In this document: positions 9,416 through 18,668 of the stretch, piece by piece
Layout: the number at the start of each line of letters is the position of its first letter
Numbering within the stretch: position 1 is the stretch's first letter
Origin: Thermoplasmatota archaeon
GTDB lineage: Archaea > Thermoplasmatota > E2 > JACPAO01 > JAHFTW01
Direction: 5' to 3'
Length of the DNA stretch: 64,000 nt
Assembly: GCA_041601615.1 (NCBI GenBank)
Contig: JBFIHX010000001.1
Location: forward strand, 96,001 to 160,000
The notes under the pieces: generated by a model
Told to the model about the DNA's origin: nothing
Database searches by the model: none
The model's input: the letters and a program-made list of their open reading frames with translations, nothing else
Made by a program: the position numbers and the translations under genes

Positions 9416-9534
9416 CACGGCCGAATCGTGCTGCGCCGCCGCGTCAGCTCAATTTCAGAGATGGAACTTGAACCTCTAGGGAGGATTGCGCAATCTTGGC
9501 AAGTTATCTAAGGTGTTCAAAAGGTGACTTTGCC

Positions 9535-9741
9535 ATGACCGTTACGCGCCTTGCGCTCGCCGTCGGCCTGCTTTTGATCGTTGGACTCGCCATGGGCCCC
9601 GCCCAGGTTTCTGCGGGCGGAGAACCTGTTGGAGGCTGCGGCGCGACCCAGGTGGAAGTTTGTTGGGTGGTGTGCGTTACGGAGCCCTGTGACGCCGCCA
9701 AGGTGTGCGTCCACGCCATCGAGACCTGCAAGTCTTTGTAG
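9535..9741 (+). CDS. Small secreted 6-Cys protein
   Basis: Signal peptide MTVTRLALAVGLLLIVGLAMGPAQVSA. Mature part ~41 aa with 6 Cys including CVTEPC. GGTGA SD-like motif upstream. Confidence 0.65.
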   Translation: MTVTRLALAVGLLLIVGLAMGPAQVSAGGEPVGGCGATQVEVCWVVCVTEPCDAAKVCVHAIETCKSL

Positions 9742-9885
9742 GGCCCGATGCAAATCTCGGAGTCTCGATTGAGCAGAGAATCCGATTTTTTCCTCTTATG
9801 CTTCGACCACTCTTGTTTTGGAAAAAGAGCCCACCGCCACGCAAAGAGGGTACGCTTTGCCGGTTGCGGTGGGTACGTGCTTCGA

Positions 9886-10173
9886 TTAGAAGGCACACCA
9901 GCGGTCCACGCTAGGCGTGACCGGGAATTGGCTGGCGCTGAGACCGACGCCAACGAAGCATCGCGTCATGTTGCCAAAGCGGCAGTCGGCGCTGGCGCCC
10001 GCGTGGGTGGCCGTGATGACGTTGCCTCCGGCCGCCACGTCGCAGCGACCCACGGTGGCTTGGCAGCCTACGGTGGGTGCACTGGTGTCGCAGGGAGCGG
10101 CTGAGGCGCCAGGTGCGAACGCAAGGGAGGCGAGTAGGAGTAGGCTGATGGCAAACGCGGGGCGTAGGTCCAT
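9886..10173 (-). CDS. Secreted Cys-rich protein, single 6-Cys module
   Basis: Signal peptide ending LAFAPGASA. Cys spacing C-x8-C-x6-C-x19-C-x7-C-x20-C. Confidence 0.7.
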   Translation of the reverse strand: MDLRPAFAISLLLLASLAFAPGASAAPCDTSAPTVGCQATVGRCDVAAGGNVITATHAGASADCRFGNMTRCFVGVGLSASQFPVTPSVDRWCAF

Positions 10174-10305
10174 GGCATGGCATTGGCGCCATGATTTCAA
10201 AGATTGGGCGACGGTTCGGACCTATCGAGTGGAAGCCGTGGCACGGGAGGGGCTTGGGACAAACATGGCGCAATCATGAATGTCTTGGGCGGCAAAGTTG
10301 GCTGT

Positions 10306-11313
10306 ATGGCACGACCCACTTTGGCAATCGTTGCCAGCAGTCCAGTCCTTGCCCACACGGCATGGATGAGTCTGCGGCGCCTGGGTCCCAGTCCGGTGGT
10401 CATGCTCGGACCCAGGCGCGCTTTGGCACGAGCGTCACGAATGCAGGTGCAGGGATTGCCGACGCCCGACGCGGTTACGGATGAAGATCTGCGTGAAGCG
10501 GTCGCCGGCGCCGATGGCGTATTTCCCTGCGACGAGCGAAGCCATGTGCGGCTGCTGGATGCCAACATTCCCGTACTTGGGCATGGAGATGGTTCGGTGG
10601 TGCGCCGGCTGGCAGACAAAGGCGCGTTGCCCGATTTGGCGCGTGCTGCCGGCTTCCAAACTCCTCCGTTGATCCAAGACTTGTGGACGGATGGGTATGG
10701 CAATTTGAGACGGTTCATGGAGAAGCCCCGCTACGGAGGCGGCGGCGTGGGCGTCAAGGAGTGGCACCCGGGAGAACCGCGCCGTACAGGTGCTGTATTG
10801 CAGCCGTTCATCGAGGGCTATGACGCCGATGTGAGCCTCGCGGCGCTGAATGGAAAGGTGCTTGGCATCACGGCAGAGCAGGGACTCGGGCCGGCGATGC
10901 GTTGCTACGAAAAGCAACCCGAATTGGAAACCGTGGCTCGCGCTCTTGTGCGATCGACTCATTATTCGGGGCTCTTGCATGTGGACTTGCGGGTGGCAAA
11001 GGACGGCACGCCGTGGGTGGTGGATGTGAATCCGCGACTCTGGGCGTCGCACTGGATGGCGGCTGCCATGGGCATGGATTTTGTCTCGTTGTTTGTGCAT
11101 GAGGCGCGGGGCGAACCGGTGCCTTGGAAGCGTCGCACGGGCGTAATGGCGCCACCGTGGCGGTTCCGGCAGGCAAAGTGTTGGGGGCGACCTCGAATGG
11201 GTGCTGCGCTGCGGGCGGCGCTGGCTCGGTTTGCGGATCCTGGCGTCGAGAGCGCCATGCGTAGGCAAGCTTCGGTGGTGGCGGGTGCCGAGCCGTGGCC
11301 GCAGCGGTTCTAG
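10306..11313 (+). CDS. ATP-grasp domain protein (carboxylate-amine ligase-like)
   Basis: DK..L...A, KPRYGGGGVGV, VLQPFIEG, HVD and DVNPRLW motifs. Start uncertain (10276 or 10306). Confidence 0.8.
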   Translation: MARPTLAIVASSPVLAHTAWMSLRRLGPSPVVMLGPRRALARASRMQVQGLPTPDAVTDEDLREAVAGADGVFPCDERSHVRLLDANIPVLGHGDGSVVRRLADKGALPDLARAAGFQTPPLIQDLWTDGYGNLRRFMEKPRYGGGGVGVKEWHPGEPRRTGAVLQPFIEGYDADVSLAALNGKVLGITAEQGLGPAMRCYEKQPELETVARALVRSTHYSGLLHVDLRVAKDGTPWVVDVNPRLWASHWMAAAMGMDFVSLFVHEARGEPVPWKRRTGVMAPPWRFRQAKCWGRPRMGAALRAALARFADPGVESAMRRQASVVAGAEPWPQRF

Positions 11314-11484
11314 GTTGTCTGGCTCCCGCCGGTTGGATTGCTACGCTGCCTCGGCTCCACTTTCTCCCCTTCGCTTTGTAGGACAACGTTTCACGCCGGC
11401 CTACTCCGTTCCTTCCGGGTTCCTCCATTTTCGCCGGACTGCCCGTTTCAGGAGTGTTTTGAGCGCCAACGCGAGTCGCCGGTT

Positions 11485-12081
11485 GTGCAATTTGAGGATG
11501 TGCTGACTTTTTGGTTCGGCAATGACCCGGAGACTCCGTGGGCAAACGCCCCCATGTGGTTTGAAGCCGGTCGAAGCTTGGACCCAGTGGTGCGAGAACA
11601 GTTCTTGCCCACCATTGAAGCGGGGCTGAGAGGACAACTGGATTCCTGGACCGAAACCCCTGCCGGCACCCTTGCGCTGATTGTGGTGTTGGATCAATTT
11701 ACGCGGCACGCCTTCCGAGACACCCCTCGCTTTGTCGAAGGAGACAAGCAAGCGCAGCAGTTGACTTTGGGCCTGTTGGATGCGGGCGCAGAAGCATCCT
11801 TGAATACGGCCCAGACGATGTTTTTGTTAACTGCCTTGGAGCATGCAGAGGACCGAGCCATCCAGGAACGCGGGTTGGCCGAAGCAAAACGCCTTGGACA
11901 ATTGCATCCGGAGGACCTTGGGGGCATGGTGCAGTATGTCCAAGACCACCATGACATTGTCATGCGGTTTGGTCGGCTTCCTGATCGAAATGCACTGCTT
12001 GGCCGCCCGTCGACTCCGGAGGAACAGGAGTTTTTGGCTACGGAGTCGCGGCCATGGTTCGAACGTTCGGTGCCAGCCTGA
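11485..12081 (+). CDS. DUF924 family protein
   Basis: VLTFWFG, WF...D...REQF, LALIVVLDQFTR, EHAED and RFGRLPDRNALLGRPSTPEE. Confidence 0.9.
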   Translation: MQFEDVLTFWFGNDPETPWANAPMWFEAGRSLDPVVREQFLPTIEAGLRGQLDSWTETPAGTLALIVVLDQFTRHAFRDTPRFVEGDKQAQQLTLGLLDAGAEASLNTAQTMFLLTALEHAEDRAIQERGLAEAKRLGQLHPEDLGGMVQYVQDHHDIVMRFGRLPDRNALLGRPSTPEEQEFLATESRPWFERSVPA

Positions 12082-12124
12082 CGTAGACGAGACATTGAAT
12101 GCTGCGCGGCACTGAGGGGGTTCC

Positions 12125-12700
12125 ATGCACAAATTCTGGGCTTCTTCCTTGACCGTGGCTTTCCTGCTGATGTCTGGTTGCACCGCACCCATCGAAGGAA
12201 GCGACGATGATTTGCCGCCAAAGCCGGACGAGCCTGGAAGCGGCGGGACTTCTTCGCCAGGGCCCGGTTTTGCTCCTCAGTCGGGTTTCTCGGAGGACCA
12301 TGAAGAAGGCCTGCACTTGTCGGTTCAGTTCGAGGCGTGCAAGTCGACGTACTGCCTGGATGGGCTAGCTGAGAACGAGGGGACGGTGACGTACTACGTT
12401 TCCAACATCTGTGTCTCGCCGTTTTCGGACAAAATGGAATCGGAAGGCAAGACCGTGCAGCAACGCGAGCCGGTGGCGCACTGTGAGGCGTTTGGTCTGG
12501 CTCCGTTCAAACCTGGTGCCACCATGACGGCCAATATGACTTGGGACGGCCAGCTTTGGAATGAAGAGACGGGAGAGCTGGAGGAGGCACCGCAGGGGTC
12601 CTACCAATGGACCATGGTGTTCGAGGCGTACGAGCACGAGAACGGCGGTGAGAAAATCGTCCTGGAAGCGACCGTGAACGTCATCATGGGCGAGACGTAG
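12125..12700 (+). CDS. Lipoprotein with BsuPI-like Ig-fold domain
   Basis: Lipobox MSGC and low-complexity linker. PG.T.....TWDG....G...P.G.Y pattern. Confidence 0.6.
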   Translation: MHKFWASSLTVAFLLMSGCTAPIEGSDDDLPPKPDEPGSGGTSSPGPGFAPQSGFSEDHEEGLHLSVQFEACKSTYCLDGLAENEGTVTYYVSNICVSPFSDKMESEGKTVQQREPVAHCEAFGLAPFKPGATMTANMTWDGQLWNEETGELEEAPQGSYQWTMVFEAYEHENGGEKIVLEATVNVIMGET

Positions 12701-12713
12701 GCCGTAGCGATTC

Positions 12714-13211
12714 CTAGAAGTCGCAGGTGATGCGCTCTAGGTCCAGGCTGTCAAAGTCGATGATGCAGTCGGCGATGCTTGCGCAGCCTGCTTCCAGCCA
12801 CTGGTCGTACTTGGGGGTGCTCGTGTAGGCGCGACCGGCGTCACAGCCAAGAACGTGCACGCCGCACCAGCCGTCGCCGTTGATGCCGTCCCAGCATTCG
12901 ACGGGGTTGGAACTGCCAAGCGGCGGCAGGGCGGCGGTGGGTGCGTCGCATTGAGGCACGCCAGGAACAAGCGCGCGAACAGTGAGCGTGCAGTCGACGG
13001 TGCCGTTGAGGCAGTGTACGTCCGCTTCCTGCACGGGTTCAATGTGGTAGAACCGCGCCTGGCCGTGGCATACAAGGACGTTGTAGTTGCACCAGTCCCA
13101 TCCGAGTCCTTGCTCGCATGGCCCCACTTCATTGGGGTCGATGGCGTTGGCGGCGGGAACAAAGGCAAAGGCGGTCAAGAGGACTATCAGGGATGCGAGG
13201 AATGTACGCAT
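12714..13211 (-). CDS. Secreted Cys-rich protein, two 6-Cys modules
   Basis: Signal peptide ending FAFVPAANA. Modules C-x8-C-x6-C-x18-C-x6-C-x13-C and C-x9-C-x6-C-x19-C-x5-C-x13-C. Confidence 0.75.
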   Translation of the reverse strand: MRTFLASLIVLLTAFAFVPAANAIDPNEVGPCEQGLGWDWCNYNVLVCHGQARFYHIEPVQEADVHCLNGTVDCTLTVRALVPGVPQCDAPTAALPPLGSSNPVECWDGINGDGWCGVHVLGCDAGRAYTSTPKYDQWLEAGCASIADCIIDFDSLDLERITCDF

Positions 13212-13322
13212 GGGCCCAACATAAGTAGACGGCCCTTGGAGGTTTGCGAGCGTACCGTCGATAGCTAATGGTGGCACAATCCGCCGAAACGGGCACCCCT
13301 GGTTTGATCTGCGTGCTCAAGC

Positions 13323-13586
13323 TTAGGAGAGCGTGCAGTCCCAGTCCTTGAGGGAGCCGTTGTAGAGCAAGAAGTCGCACTCGAAGGCGCCGCAGTCGAT
13401 GCTGGTGTAGCGCAGACCGTTGAAGGTGGTGGTGTCGCGGGCTTCGCAGACCACGAGGTTGTACTCGCACGTGAAATTGTTCCCTGGACCGGAGTAGCAT
13501 TCGACGGGCATGGGGCGGGCTTCCGCGCCGGGGACAAAGGCGAGGGCGGTCGTAAACAGGAGTGCGGCGACAAGGATTGTTCGCAT
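13323..13586 (-). CDS. Secreted Cys-rich protein, single 6-Cys module
   Basis: Signal peptide ending LAFVPGAEA. Cys spacing C-x9-C-x6-C-x17-C-x4-C-x13-C. Confidence 0.75.
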   Translation of the reverse strand: MRTILVAALLFTTALAFVPGAEARPMPVECYSGPGNNFTCEYNLVVCEARDTTTFNGLRYTSIDCGAFECDFLLYNGSLKDWDCTLS

Positions 13587-13727
13587 CGACCTAGCACGGA
13601 GCCTTGGCATTATGGCGCTTTTGCATCGGTTGGCTCTGTTTGCGCCCGATACGCTCATGTCATATACCCCGGGCGTGTCGCCAAAGATAGGATGGGCCTA
13701 GTGTCCATCTATCAAGGAGAAAAGAAA

Positions 13728-14021
13728 ATGGGTTTTGACCGCGCTCCTCGCGAGGAGCACGAGGTCGTCTGCGCCGAGTGTGGCGCCAACACGACCGTCC
13801 CCTTCAAGCCGACCGGCGACCGCCCGGTCAAGTGCCGCGACTGTTTCCAGAAGGATCGCCCCCCTCGCCGTGAAGGCGGCGGTGGCCGAAGCTTCGGCAA
13901 CGACCGTGGCCCTCGCGAAATGCACGATGCAAAGTGCACGCAGTGCAGTGCCTCCACGCAGGTTCCGTTCCGGCCCACGCCGGGCCGCCCTGTGCTGTGC
14001 CAGAACTGCTTCCGTCGATAA
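13728..14021 (+). CDS. CxxC-x17-CxxC zinc-binding domain protein (two copies)
   Basis: CAEC...VPFKP...RPVKCRDCF and CTQC...VPFRP...RPVLCQNCF, joined by a Gly/Arg linker. SD AAGGAG upstream. Confidence 0.9.
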   Translation: MGFDRAPREEHEVVCAECGANTTVPFKPTGDRPVKCRDCFQKDRPPRREGGGGRSFGNDRGPREMHDAKCTQCSASTQVPFRPTPGRPVLCQNCFRR

Positions 14022-14211
14022 ATCGGTGGTAGCCCAGGCTCCTTTGGTGCCTGGATCAGTGCTTCGGCGCTGAAGTTTGGCAGTCTTTGGGTTTTCCCGA
14101 GACTGCACTTTTCGTCCCTTGTGGACGAGGCTTCCTCTTCCTACCTTCTCTTCGTTTTTTGGGGCCTGCTACTTCGCAAGGTCCTTCCCTCAACAATCAT
14201 CACGGCGAACC

Positions 14212-14997
14212 GTGGCGACGCGAGGGCCGATTGCGCTGTTGTTGGGTGATCCTGCCCAATTGCAATCCTCGGCCTGCCGTTTGCCGGGTACACGCCCTGG
14301 TCTTGATGCGGAAGCGGCGCGTCGCCAATGGGATGCTTTTGGGGACGCCTTGAACGCTTTAGGGGCCCAGGTGCATGTGTTGGAGCCGCGTACGGCCACG
14401 ACCTGTTTTGTACGCGACGCGGTGCTGGTGGGCGGTACGGCGCGGGGCCCGGCGTTTGTTACGACGCGGCTGGAGGGTCAGCGCGTTGCGGATCCCTCGG
14501 CGGTGGGCAGTTGGTTGCGTGACCAAGGGGTGCGGCGCATTTTGTGGACGGCGATTCGTCGCGTTGCGGGCGGAGATTTGATCTGGAGCGATGTGACGTT
14601 GCTTGCGGGGGTTGGTCGGGCCTCTTCGCCAGTGGCTGCGCGGGCGGTGGCGCAGAGTTTTGGCGCCAGGGCTCTGCCGTTGCCGTTGGTGGATGCGCGC
14701 TGGCCGACCTTGGATCAGGCGCTTTGTGTTCTTGGCGAGGGTCGAGCACTTTGGGTTCCGCAGGCGTTTGATGATGCTGGGGCTTCGGCGTTGCAGGCGA
14801 TGTATCCTCGCTTGGCTGCGGTGGATTGCCCTAGTGCGCTGCGCGTGGGGGACTATGTGGTGCTGGATCGGGGCGCAAAGGAGGCCCATGCTGCGGTGGA
14901 GGAGCTTGATTTGGACCCGGTTTCGGTGGATCTAGGTGCTTGGCTTGATGCGGATGCGGGCCCGGCGGCACTTGTGTGCCCGCTCGATGCTCGCTAG
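14212..14997 (+). CDS. Amidinotransferase/dimethylargininase-fold protein, degenerate active site
   Basis: A..QW......L...G..V, FVRD, GGD and C-terminal G...L.C patterns are present. The HLD catalytic motif reads TLD. Confidence 0.7.
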   Translation: MATRGPIALLLGDPAQLQSSACRLPGTRPGLDAEAARRQWDAFGDALNALGAQVHVLEPRTATTCFVRDAVLVGGTARGPAFVTTRLEGQRVADPSAVGSWLRDQGVRRILWTAIRRVAGGDLIWSDVTLLAGVGRASSPVAARAVAQSFGARALPLPLVDARWPTLDQALCVLGEGRALWVPQAFDDAGASALQAMYPRLAAVDCPSALRVGDYVVLDRGAKEAHAAVEELDLDPVSVDLGAWLDADAGPAALVCPLDAR

Positions 14998-15034
14998 GGC
15001 CGGAGCCGACAAACGTATCCGTTAGCGCCGCAAA

Positions 15035-15661
15035 TTGGACTTCGTGGCCTCGCTGCGGCCGTCGAATGTACTGGATGCGTGGGCGCAGGCGCTGCCTTCG
15101 ACTCAGTGTGAAACTTGGATTGATCCGCACAATCGGGCGATTGCGGGGCTTGCGTCGCGGTTCCGTGCGACGGTGGAGTCGGCGTTGCGGCACGACTTGG
15201 ACCGTTGGCATCGTAAAAGTGGTGGATCTGTGGCGTTGGTGTTGCTGCTTGATGTGTTTGCTCGTTCCCTTTGGCGGGGCGAGGTTCGGAGTTTGTCGGG
15301 TGATTTGCATGCCCAGTCGCTTGCACTCCAGGCGGTGGCGGTGAAGCGGGACCGCCGGATGATTCCCGATCATCGTGCGATTCTGTTGTTTCCGTTGATG
15401 CACGCGGAGGTCTTGGATATGCAATCGCGGTCCGTGGAGGGGTTTTCTAGACTGGTGCAGGAGCATGGCAATCGGTACCGGCCCTTGTTGGAGCATGCGT
15501 TGGAGCGCCAGGAAATCATCGAGCGTTTCGGGCGGTTTCCGCATCGCAATGATTTGCTGGAGCGTAAGGATTCGGTCTCGGAGGCGTCTTGGTTGGCCAC
15601 CGATGCTCCGGGTTGGGCCGTGCCGTGGACATCTTCAGGCAGCGGGCCAAAAGCCCCATGA
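15035..15661 (+). CDS. DUF924 family protein (divergent paralog)
   Basis: ALVLLLDVFARSLWRG, PLMHAE and IIERFGRFPHRNDLLERK. Confidence 0.8.
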   Translation: MDFVASLRPSNVLDAWAQALPSTQCETWIDPHNRAIAGLASRFRATVESALRHDLDRWHRKSGGSVALVLLLDVFARSLWRGEVRSLSGDLHAQSLALQAVAVKRDRRMIPDHRAILLFPLMHAEVLDMQSRSVEGFSRLVQEHGNRYRPLLEHALERQEIIERFGRFPHRNDLLERKDSVSEASWLATDAPGWAVPWTSSGSGPKAP

Positions 15662-15679
15662 CCTCGGCGCGTTGCGGGG

Positions 15680-16672
15680 TTGGTGGTGGTCGAACGGAAT
15701 ATCTTGCCCGACGGCAGGATTCTTGCGTGGAATCGGTACGGAACGGGGCGGCGCGTGGTTGTGCATTGTCATGGTTCCCATCATAGCGGAGTAGAGGCGG
15801 GTTTTCTCGATGCTGCGACTTTGGCAAAGTGGACGGTGCTTGCGCCGGACCGGCCGGGTCATGGACAAAGCGACCCGTGTCCTGGCCAGAGCCTCTTGGA
15901 GTGGGCCCGGGACGTGTGGGTGGTGTTGCGGCGGCATGGGATTCGTCGGCCCTTTGTGACGGGTTGGTCGGCGGGTGGTCCGCACGCCTTGGCGCTTGCG
16001 GCTACGGGCAACGTAGCAGGCATTGGATTGCTTTCGTCGCTTGCGCCCATGGACCGGTCGGATGCCTATCGAGGGATGCGTCCTAGCAGTCGTTTTGGCG
16101 CGGCGTTTGCTCGTCGTTTGCCTGGGACTGCGTTGCGGCTCGCGCATGGTGTGACGCCCTTGTTTCGGCGGACCCCGGCCTTGATCATGGCGCTTAGTAC
16201 TTCGATGCAGCCGCGCACGGATCGTCGCAGCTTGCAGGGGCGTACGCGAGCCGTGGCGCTGGCGGCGAGCAGGGGTGCGTATCGCCAGGGCGGTGCGGGT
16301 GTTGCGCATGATGTGCATCGGTTTCTTGGTTCCTGGGGCTTCGATGTTGCAGACCTGGATGTGCCGATGTTGTGTTGGGTTGGTTCGAGAGATCGGATTA
16401 CGCCGCCTGCCATGAGCGAGTACATCGCGGCTCGGGCGCCGCGGGGTTCGCTTCGGATTGTCCAGGGCGCGGGGCATTTTCTTGCGTATGGGCATCTGGA
16501 TGCGATGCTGACGGCGTTGCCGCTCGTGGCTCGTGGCTCGGGCTCGGTTCCGGCCGAGTCGAATTTGTTGCGAGCGATTACCGGAGGGGTTTCGGGCGTG
16601 GCTCGGCGGAGTCAAAAGGGGAAGAAGAAGGGGGACGGGCGAGGCGCCGGGCCTCGTTTGGATTCTGCTTGA
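15680..16672 (+). CDS. Alpha/beta hydrolase
   Basis: LPDGRILAW, HG, PDRPGHGQS, nucleophile elbow GWSAGG, and GAGHF. Confidence 0.9.
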   Translation: MVVVERNILPDGRILAWNRYGTGRRVVVHCHGSHHSGVEAGFLDAATLAKWTVLAPDRPGHGQSDPCPGQSLLEWARDVWVVLRRHGIRRPFVTGWSAGGPHALALAATGNVAGIGLLSSLAPMDRSDAYRGMRPSSRFGAAFARRLPGTALRLAHGVTPLFRRTPALIMALSTSMQPRTDRRSLQGRTRAVALAASRGAYRQGGAGVAHDVHRFLGSWGFDVADLDVPMLCWVGSRDRITPPAMSEYIAARAPRGSLRIVQGAGHFLAYGHLDAMLTALPLVARGSGSVPAESNLLRAITGGVSGVARRSQKGKKKGDGRGAGPRLDSA

Positions 16673-16932
16673 TGCCTCGAAGCGGCGTTTGCACCGTGCT
16701 GCGTTTTGCCTGATCGTGGAACAGTTCGCTCATGCAATCGAGATCGCCGCAAGTTGCACCGAGGCCTCTCTTGGGGCCGCCCATCGGTTTGTTGCAAGGG
16801 GCCGGTTTTCGGCCCTCTGCACATCGCTCGATTCTTGGCGCAAGTCCGACGCTCTACCGGCGACCAGTTCGGAGGCCGGGAGAGGCCTGCGCCTTCGCGG
16901 TTGAAGGGCTTCGAGACGGTGTCGCGGGTGGT

Positions 16933-18069
16933 TTAGGGGGGCGTGCAGCGGTAGATCGGTTCGACGCGTCCGTTGTCGTACAGGGCGACGCCGGCTTCGC
17001 AGCCACCGCCTTCGTAGCCGCAGAACGTGGAGGTAGCATGGTCTTGGCAGAAGTCTGCGCTGGCGGCGGCATTGGTTTGGCAGTAGGGGTCGATGACCCA
17101 GAAGGAGTCGTGGGCGTAGTAGCGCACGTCGACGTAGCAGGGTCCGGCGCTGATGTAGCACTGGTAGTAGCCGGGTTTTTGTTGGCACGGGGCGGCGGCG
17201 CTGGGGCCGGCGGTTTGGGCGTGGGGTAGGTGCTCGGCGAGGAAGTCCTTGCAGTCGAGGCCTTGTTCGTGACCGTAGACTTGGTGGGTGTAGTAGCTGC
17301 AGGTGCTGTTTTTGCCGTAGCAGTTGGCGCCGACGACGTAGAAGGCGTCATGGTAGTAGTAGCGGGTTTCGGCGTCGCAGAGGCCTAGGTCTACGCGGCA
17401 TTGTTCGTAGCCGGGCATCTCTTCGCAGGGGTCCCCGGCGGTACCGGAGGGGCTGGACATGGCGGATTCGGTCGTGCTGAGGCGGGGTTTCTGGCAGTCG
17501 GGTTCAATGACGTAGAAGGCGTCGTGGTAGTAGTAGTACGTGTGGACGGTGCAGGGGCCGGCGCGGTATTCGCAGTGCTCGTAGCCGGGGTGCTCGTGGC
17601 ACGGAGCTACGGCGGCGCCGTCGGTGCTGCTCGCGGCCGACAAGGGCAAGCCGCAGTGGGGGTCGAGGATGAATTGCGCGTCGTGGTAGACGTAGTAGAC
17701 GGTCAAGGTGCAGGGGCCGGCGGGGTAGTCGCATTGGCGGTAGCCGGGGTGTTCCTCGCAGAAGTCGCCGTTGCTGGCGTCCACGGGCCAGACGGTGGTG
17801 TAGGTGCTGCCGCAGTGGCGCGTGACTAGGAGGGGCATGGCGTAGGCGTCGACGCCGCAGCGGCTTTTGCCGTCGTTGGGTTGGCATTCTGCGTGGGCGT
17901 GCCAGTCGCCTTGAAAGAGTTCTTCTCCAGCATGACAGCGGCCGAGTTCGACTTCGCAGTATTGATAGCCGTCCAGGGGCCCGTGGCAATCGACGGGTTC
18001 GGCTGCGGCGTTGGGCAGGAAGGACGTGGCGGCCAGCACGAGTGCGGCGGCAAGAAGGATCTGTTTCAT
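16933..18069 (-). CDS. Secreted Cys/Tyr/His-rich tandem-repeat protein (six modules)
   Basis: Signal peptide MKQILLAAALVLAATSFLPNAAA. Six modules starting C-x8/9-C-x6-C, four of them with PGY and YHDA/AHDS motifs. Confidence 0.8.
   Translation of the reverse strand: MKQILLAAALVLAATSFLPNAAAEPVDCHGPLDGYQYCEVELGRCHAGEELFQGDWHAHAECQPNDGKSRCGVDAYAMPLLVTRHCGSTYTTVWPVDASNGDFCEEHPGYRQCDYPAGPCTLTVYYVYHDAQFILDPHCGLPLSAASSTDGAAVAPCHEHPGYEHCEYRAGPCTVHTYYYYHDAFYVIEPDCQKPRLSTTESAMSSPSGTAGDPCEEMPGYEQCRVDLGLCDAETRYYYHDAFYVVGANCYGKNSTCSYYTHQVYGHEQGLDCKDFLAEHLPHAQTAGPSAAAPCQQKPGYYQCYISAGPCYVDVRYYAHDSFWVIDPYCQTNAAASADFCQDHATSTFCGYEGGGCEAGVALYDNGRVEPIYRCTPP
17080..17760 (-). repeat. Four diverged intragenic copies of a 36-aa Cys module
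   Basis: CEEHPGYRQCDYPAGPC..YHDA..C, CHEHPGYEHCEYRAGPC..YHDA..C, CEEMPGYEQCRVDLGLC..YHDA..C and CQQKPGYYQCYISAGPC..AHDS..C. Confidence 0.85.
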
Positions 18070-18173
18070 GGTCATAACCTTGGTCCGAGGACCACGGCTC
18101 GCACAGCGGGATGAAGGGAAGAGGGTTGGTGGATGGTTCGATTCTATCCAAAGTTCGGCGCTGTGGCGTCCCT

Positions 18174-18587
18174 TTACGGGAGGAGGTACTGCGTGATGTC
18201 GCCGAGCACGAGGGTCACGGGGTAGTTGCCGATAAGGCAAAAGAACTCGGCGGTGGGCGGGGAACTTGTGTAGTACACGATCAGTTCGCAGGGGTTGCGC
18301 GGGTCGTTGTCGCAAACGATTTGGAATTGGGCCGGCGGGGAGAGCTTGAGGTCGTATCCGCAATCGGCGACGCTGTTGCATTCGCCTAGGATGTCGATTT
18401 GGGCTTCCGTGTCTTCTCCTTGGATGAGGGCACAGTCGAAGATCCAGCCACAGTGCAGAAGTCGCGGCATGGGGCCTACGTCGTCGATGGTGCAGGGCCA
18501 GTCTTCAGGAGCCGCGGAGTCGTCGACTTTGGCGCTTCCGGCGGGGACGAGCATAAGGCATGCGAGCATGATGAGCAAAATGCGCAT
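18174..18587 (-). CDS. Secreted Cys-rich protein (8 mature Cys), divergent member of the family
   Basis: Signal peptide ending LVPAGSA. CNSVADC resembles CASIADC in the 12714 protein. Confidence 0.65.
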   Translation of the reverse strand: MRILLIMLACLMLVPAGSAKVDDSAAPEDWPCTIDDVGPMPRLLHCGWIFDCALIQGEDTEAQIDILGECNSVADCGYDLKLSPPAQFQIVCDNDPRNPCELIVYYTSSPPTAEFFCLIGNYPVTLVLGDITQYLLP

Positions 18588-18668
18588 GGGCAGCGATTGA
18601 CCCCGAGGTCTTCAAGGTCTCTCGGGACGTTTGGACAACACTATGCCCGGCGGCTGTGTCCGAAGCTT

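Noticed and set aside
9535-11313. Graspetide/RiPP cluster (small peptides next to an ATP-grasp gene)
   Set aside because: The peptides have Sec-type signal peptides and Cys scaffolds, not graspetide leader/core motifs. The ATP-grasp gene is divergent from the nearest one. A link cannot be excluded but is unsupported.
16933-18069. Repeats as a CRISPR array or DGR template/variable pair
   Set aside because: The repeats are in-frame, diverged protein modules. No reverse transcriptase was seen and no adenine-specific variation was evident.
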